Virus record (IMG/VR): IMGVR_UViG_3300031787_000071
Strand: one strand, 5' to 3'
Length of the DNA: 64,000 bases
Source: an uncultured virus (IMG/VR IMGVR_UViG_3300031787_000071)
Taxonomy: Duplodnaviria; Heunggongvirae; Uroviricota; Caudoviricetes
Shown here: piece by piece, positions 60,251 through 64,000 of the stretch
How positions within the stretch are numbered: the stretch's first letter is position 1
How the letters are laid out: the number at the start of each line of letters is the position of its first letter
The notes under the pieces: model-generated
Told to the model about the DNA's origin: nothing
The model's database searches: none
The model's input: only the letters and a program-made list of their open reading frames with translations
Translations under genes and position numbers: made by a program

Positions 60251-60811
60251 ATGCCTAGATTATCTTCGATAAACACATTCGTTTTAAATTCTGTAATTGG
60301 TTCGGTAGCAACTGATCCAGAGCAAGCTAATTATCAAGGTGCCACTATGGTCTTTGTTTTACAAGGATCCGCACCAACAGGATGGGTTAAAGACACTTCA
60401 GATACCGATTATACTTTACGATGTGTTACAGGATCAGTATCAAGTGGAGGATCATCAGGATTTTCTTCCGTTATGTCATCTAAATCTTTAACAGGTAGTC
60501 TATCGGTAACTGGAACTGTAGGAGGAACATCACTTACATCTAGTATGATACCCTCCCACAACCACGGACCTTATCCTGCTGCAGCAACTGTTGCTGCCAG
60601 CACAACTTCTCCTGTAATACCAGGACCATCAATAGCCAGAACAGTATCTAACAATTTTACACCTGGTGTGGTAAATCCAGGTGGTGTTAATCCTGGAGTT
60701 ACAGCAACTGCTCATGATCATCCGTTAAATCCAGCAACAAGTCCTGTAACCTTCACCACAGTAAATTTAGCTATTAAATATGTGGATTCAATTTTAGCAA
60801 CAAGGACTTAA
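60251..60811 (+). CDS. Tail collar-like fibre protein 1
   Basis: APTGW, PSHNH, HDH, YVD.I. Confidence 0.75.
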   Translation: MPRLSSINTFVLNSVIGSVATDPEQANYQGATMVFVLQGSAPTGWVKDTSDTDYTLRCVTGSVSSGGSSGFSSVMSSKSLTGSLSVTGTVGGTSLTSSMIPSHNHGPYPAAATVAASTTSPVIPGPSIARTVSNNFTPGVVNPGGVNPGVTATAHDHPLNPATSPVTFTTVNLAIKYVDSILATRT

Positions 60812-60812
60812 T

Positions 60813-61310
60813 ATGGCATTAGTTATAGAATCAGGATCAAGAACAATAATGAAAATGACCACTCCACCAACGGGATGGACAAAAGATACTACATATGATA
60901 ATTATGCACTAAGAGTAACTACCGGTTCTGTTATTAATAGAACTACAGGAGAGTCTTTTTCTACAGTTTTTAAAAATTATAATAGCATTGGTGTACCGGC
61001 ACCTGGACTTTCTTATTCTGCTGTAAACGCCACTGTGATAGACGATGCGGCAATGACAACGCATAATCACACTACCATAACACACCCATCCGCATTGTTA
61101 ACTAGACGAGGTGGTGCAGGTAATACGAACGTAGCTCGTACCCCAGCGGGAGCACCAGTTACTTTTAGTAATAACCCTGGTGGTGGAGGATCACATACTC
61201 ATCCAATTGGAACTGTAGCCGTTACTGGTTCAATTAATCAGAGTGGAGTTAATTCAGAAATAAATTTGAATATAAAATATGTTGACACTATTATAGCGGT
61301 TAGGAGTTAA
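60813..61310 (+). CDS. Tail collar-like fibre protein 2
   Basis: PPTGWTK, HNH, HTH, YVD.I. Confidence 0.75.
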   Translation: MALVIESGSRTIMKMTTPPTGWTKDTTYDNYALRVTTGSVINRTTGESFSTVFKNYNSIGVPAPGLSYSAVNATVIDDAAMTTHNHTTITHPSALLTRRGGAGNTNVARTPAGAPVTFSNNPGGGGSHTHPIGTVAVTGSINQSGVNSEINLNIKYVDTIIAVRS

Positions 61311-61312
61311 TC

Positions 61313-61816
61313 GTGGCTATTTTTGATTCTGGAACAACAACAATTTTTCATCAAACATCCGCACCCACTGGTTGGACGAAAGAAACTGTGAATTATAATA
61401 ATCACGCACTTCGAGTAGTAAATGGATCGTCTTTGAGTTCTGGAGGTACTGTCGATTTCACAACAGGTTTTAATACTACATCATATATTTTTTCATCGGT
61501 TGCTGTTCCTTATACAGTAGGTAACCATACCTTAACTGGAGCTCAGTTACCATATCACCTTCATGCTGTTGCGCCATCAACAAATAGATTTGCTATTGGA
61601 ACTGCTACCACACCCACAAATGCTACATCTCCAATAACTCCTGCTGTACCCGTTATGACTACTGCCGTACCGGCCGGTGGGCCGATAGGCGCATCAGTAG
61701 GTAGTTCAGGAGCGCACAATCACTCAATTACAATTACCGCTAGTGGTAATGTTTTTGGTCCAAATTCTACAATAGGTGTAAATTATATTGATGTTATTAT
61801 TGCTTCTTTAAACTAA
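61313..61816 (+). CDS. Tail collar-like fibre protein 3
   Basis: APTGWTK, HLH, HNH, YIDVI; GTG start. Confidence 0.75.
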   Translation: MAIFDSGTTTIFHQTSAPTGWTKETVNYNNHALRVVNGSSLSSGGTVDFTTGFNTTSYIFSSVAVPYTVGNHTLTGAQLPYHLHAVAPSTNRFAIGTATTPTNATSPITPAVPVMTTAVPAGGPIGASVGSSGAHNHSITITASGNVFGPNSTIGVNYIDVIIASLN

Positions 61817-61861
61817 TTCATATATAATAGTATATTCGTTTTTAACCGAAAGGCAATTTTT

Positions 61862-62221
61862 ATGATTCAAACACATAAATTAGTAGTAATTCCTGTTGAT
61901 GGTATTGTCGTTACAGACCAAGAAGGTTTATCAGAGTTAGACTTATCTCAATGTGGAATACCAGATAATATACATGCATTACAATGGAATAATCCCATTT
62001 GGCCAGATAAACAAAATTCCCATCTAAATGGATTGCAATATGGCCAAGGATCTGGTTGGTTAGAATTTAGATCGACCGATCCTAATGAAAATATAACTGA
62101 ATTACCACAATGGGCTATCAACTGTTATGATGTATGGTTGCAAGCATATAATATAAAACAAGCTGCACTAGCGGCATCAGATGCTGCTGATGAAGCCGCA
62201 GCTGCAGCAGAAAACAATTAA
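61862..62221 (+). CDS. Putative tail fibre assembly protein
   Basis: IHALQW...GWLEF...NE.I..LP.W; position after the fibre genes. Confidence 0.6.
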   Translation: MIQTHKLVVIPVDGIVVTDQEGLSELDLSQCGIPDNIHALQWNNPIWPDKQNSHLNGLQYGQGSGWLEFRSTDPNENITELPQWAINCYDVWLQAYNIKQAALAASDAADEAAAAAENN

Positions 62222-62240
62222 ATTAAAAAGTGATTATATT

Positions 62241-63401
62241 ATGAATAAATCATTAACTGAAAATAATTATATCTATATTCCCAACTTCATTAGTGAAGCC
62301 GCTGCAAAAGTCATGGCTTCCAACTTCAAAAGTCACTGTAAACAAAATGAGGTTCAAGGAGACAATCAAGCTCCAAATTCTTCAGCGGAATATAATTTCA
62401 TAGACTTTTTAGAAATGCTATGTGATAAAGTACCAACGGTGAGCACAATTATAGGTGAAACCGTTTTACCAACATATAGTTATGCTAGAGTGTATAAAGA
62501 TGGTAGTGTTTTGGAAAGACATAGGGATAGAGATGCTTGCGAAATAAGTTTAACTGTACATTTAGATGGTGATGAAGATTGGCCAATTTATATTGAAACT
62601 CCTGATGGTAATGAAGTTGAATTGATTCTAAAACCAGGTGATGCAATGCTTTATTTGGGATGTGTTGCTGATCATTGGAGAAATCAATTTTTAGGTAAAG
62701 AATATGTTCAGGTATTTTTACATTATGTAAGAAGTAGAGGTGATAAAGCTTATACTTATTTTGATAAGAAAAAAGATTCTCCAATCAAAAAAGAAGAAAG
62801 TGTGAAACAAGAAAAAACAACACCAGTTAAAATAAACTCCAAAAATAAAATATCAGATTTCATTCAAATTTATGAAGATATTATTCCCTACTCACTATGT
62901 GATGAAATTATAAATGAGTATAAGAATGATGATAATTGGTGTCTTGCTGGAGTAGGATACGAGGAAATGAATTTAAATGCTAGAAATGTAAATACAATTC
63001 CTATTTCACACGAAAATACAATTTTAAAAAATCCCGAAATAAGAAAACTTTTAGATGATAGACTTTATAAAGTTGCAAATGAGGTCATTAGAAAATATAA
63101 TGATATTTTCCCACTAAGTCAAATAGAAGAAGATTCTGGATATGATTTATTAAAGTATGAGGTAGGGCAATTTTACCGGCAACATACAGATTCATACAAA
63201 AAACATCCTAGAGCAGTGTCTTGTTCTTTCGCACTAAATGATGATTTTGGAGGTGGAGAATTTGCTTTCTTTGATAGAGAGTTGATTTATAATTTAAAGA
63301 AAGGATCAGTAATCATGTTCCCTTCAAATTTTATGTATCCACACGAAATCATGCCTGTAATCAAAGGCACTAGATATTCTATTATTACTTGGTTTGTTTA
63401 A
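62241..63401 (+). CDS. Tandem two-domain 2OG-Fe(II) oxygenase
   Basis: Domain 1 HRDR..CEIS...HWR; domain 2 HTD...GGEF...HE..PV..GTRYSIITW. Confidence 0.88.
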   Translation: MNKSLTENNYIYIPNFISEAAAKVMASNFKSHCKQNEVQGDNQAPNSSAEYNFIDFLEMLCDKVPTVSTIIGETVLPTYSYARVYKDGSVLERHRDRDACEISLTVHLDGDEDWPIYIETPDGNEVELILKPGDAMLYLGCVADHWRNQFLGKEYVQVFLHYVRSRGDKAYTYFDKKKDSPIKKEESVKQEKTTPVKINSKNKISDFIQIYEDIIPYSLCDEIINEYKNDDNWCLAGVGYEEMNLNARNVNTIPISHENTILKNPEIRKLLDDRLYKVANEVIRKYNDIFPLSQIEEDSGYDLLKYEVGQFYRQHTDSYKKHPRAVSCSFALNDDFGGGEFAFFDRELIYNLKKGSVIMFPSNFMYPHEIMPVIKGTRYSIITWFV

Positions 63402-63414
63402 AGGAGATTATATT

Positions 63415-63717
63415 ATGCAATTAAAACCAGGAACATTTTGTCCTATAATGAAAGAAGAATGTGTACAGTTTAAATGTGCATGGTTTACTAAAGTTGAAGG
63501 TTATGATATCAATACAGGTAAGCAAGTTGAAGAATGGAATTGTGCTATGACTTTTATTCCTATGTTACTGATTGAAAATTCAGGAATGTCTCGTCAAACT
63601 GGTGCAGCTGTTGAAAGTTTTAGGAATGAGATGGTGAAATCTAATGAAGAAACTCAGAAGATATTCTCCAATATGTTGTCAATGAATCCTGAAAACAATA
63701 CAAAATTACTTAAGTAA
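63415..63717 (+). CDS. Conserved Cys-rich hypothetical protein
   Basis: CP....C....CAW...CA...AAVESFRNEMV. Confidence 0.75.
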   Translation: MQLKPGTFCPIMKEECVQFKCAWFTKVEGYDINTGKQVEEWNCAMTFIPMLLIENSGMSRQTGAAVESFRNEMVKSNEETQKIFSNMLSMNPENNTKLLK

Positions 63718-64000
63718 ATGTTTTTTTGTAATCTTACAAGAAACCCATTGATTGTAGTAAGATTCATTCAATAGTGCGTGGCGAGAGAATATCTCCCACG
63801 TTTCGTAATAAGACAATTCTGATTTAGTTTTACAGAGGTGAAGTATCTCTCTTACGTATTGATCTTCACCATTTTTTTTAACTTCTTCTTGTAGTAATAA
63901 ATTAGAACCCCAGTATGTCATCCAATCAGACGATACTCGGGTTTTCTTTTTCTTACCTTTAACTTGTGTAGTCTTAGATTTGGTGAAGAATTTTTTACCA
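63706..64000 (-). CDS. GIY-YIG-like conserved T4-like protein (5'-truncated)
   Basis: Open to the window end: GKKFF...SDW.TYWGS...REILHLC...YYN.W. Confidence 0.7.
   Translation of the reverse strand, partial: GKKFFTKSKTTQVKGKKKKTRVSSDWMTYWGSNLLLQEEVKKNGEDQYVREILHLCKTKSELSYYETWEIFSRHALLNESYYNQWVSCKITKKHLLK

Overview
This window is 64 kb of an AT-rich T4-like myophage genome. It has gp54, gp26, gp51, gp32, gp59, gp33, DsbA, T4-type RNase H and PhoH. A betaproteobacterial host is likely, judging from the PqqA sequence, the tmRNA tag, AhpC/AhpD, Pal and HPr. Layout: + strand baseplate-hub and tape-measure-like genes (1-5.4 kb); a long - strand block of replication, auxiliary and small early genes (5.4-54.4 kb); + strand tail-fibre and 2OG-oxygenase genes (54.5-63.7 kb). 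The - strand block holds 27 tRNA genes covering all 20 amino acids, interleaved with several unannotated structured RNAs. Top findings missing from the ORF track: (1) a 41-codon leader ORF containing all 20 amino acids, coupled to mutually exclusive terminator/antiterminator hairpins at the head of the tRNA array, a candidate attenuator sensing tRNA depletion; (2) a circularly permuted two-piece tmRNA; (3) a stand-alone pqqA precursor peptide gene; (4) a probable -1 frameshift joining gp26 to gp51; (5) an OxyR-like promoter built into a terminator upstream of ahpC-ahpD. All product calls come from motif recognition by eye; no database searches were run.
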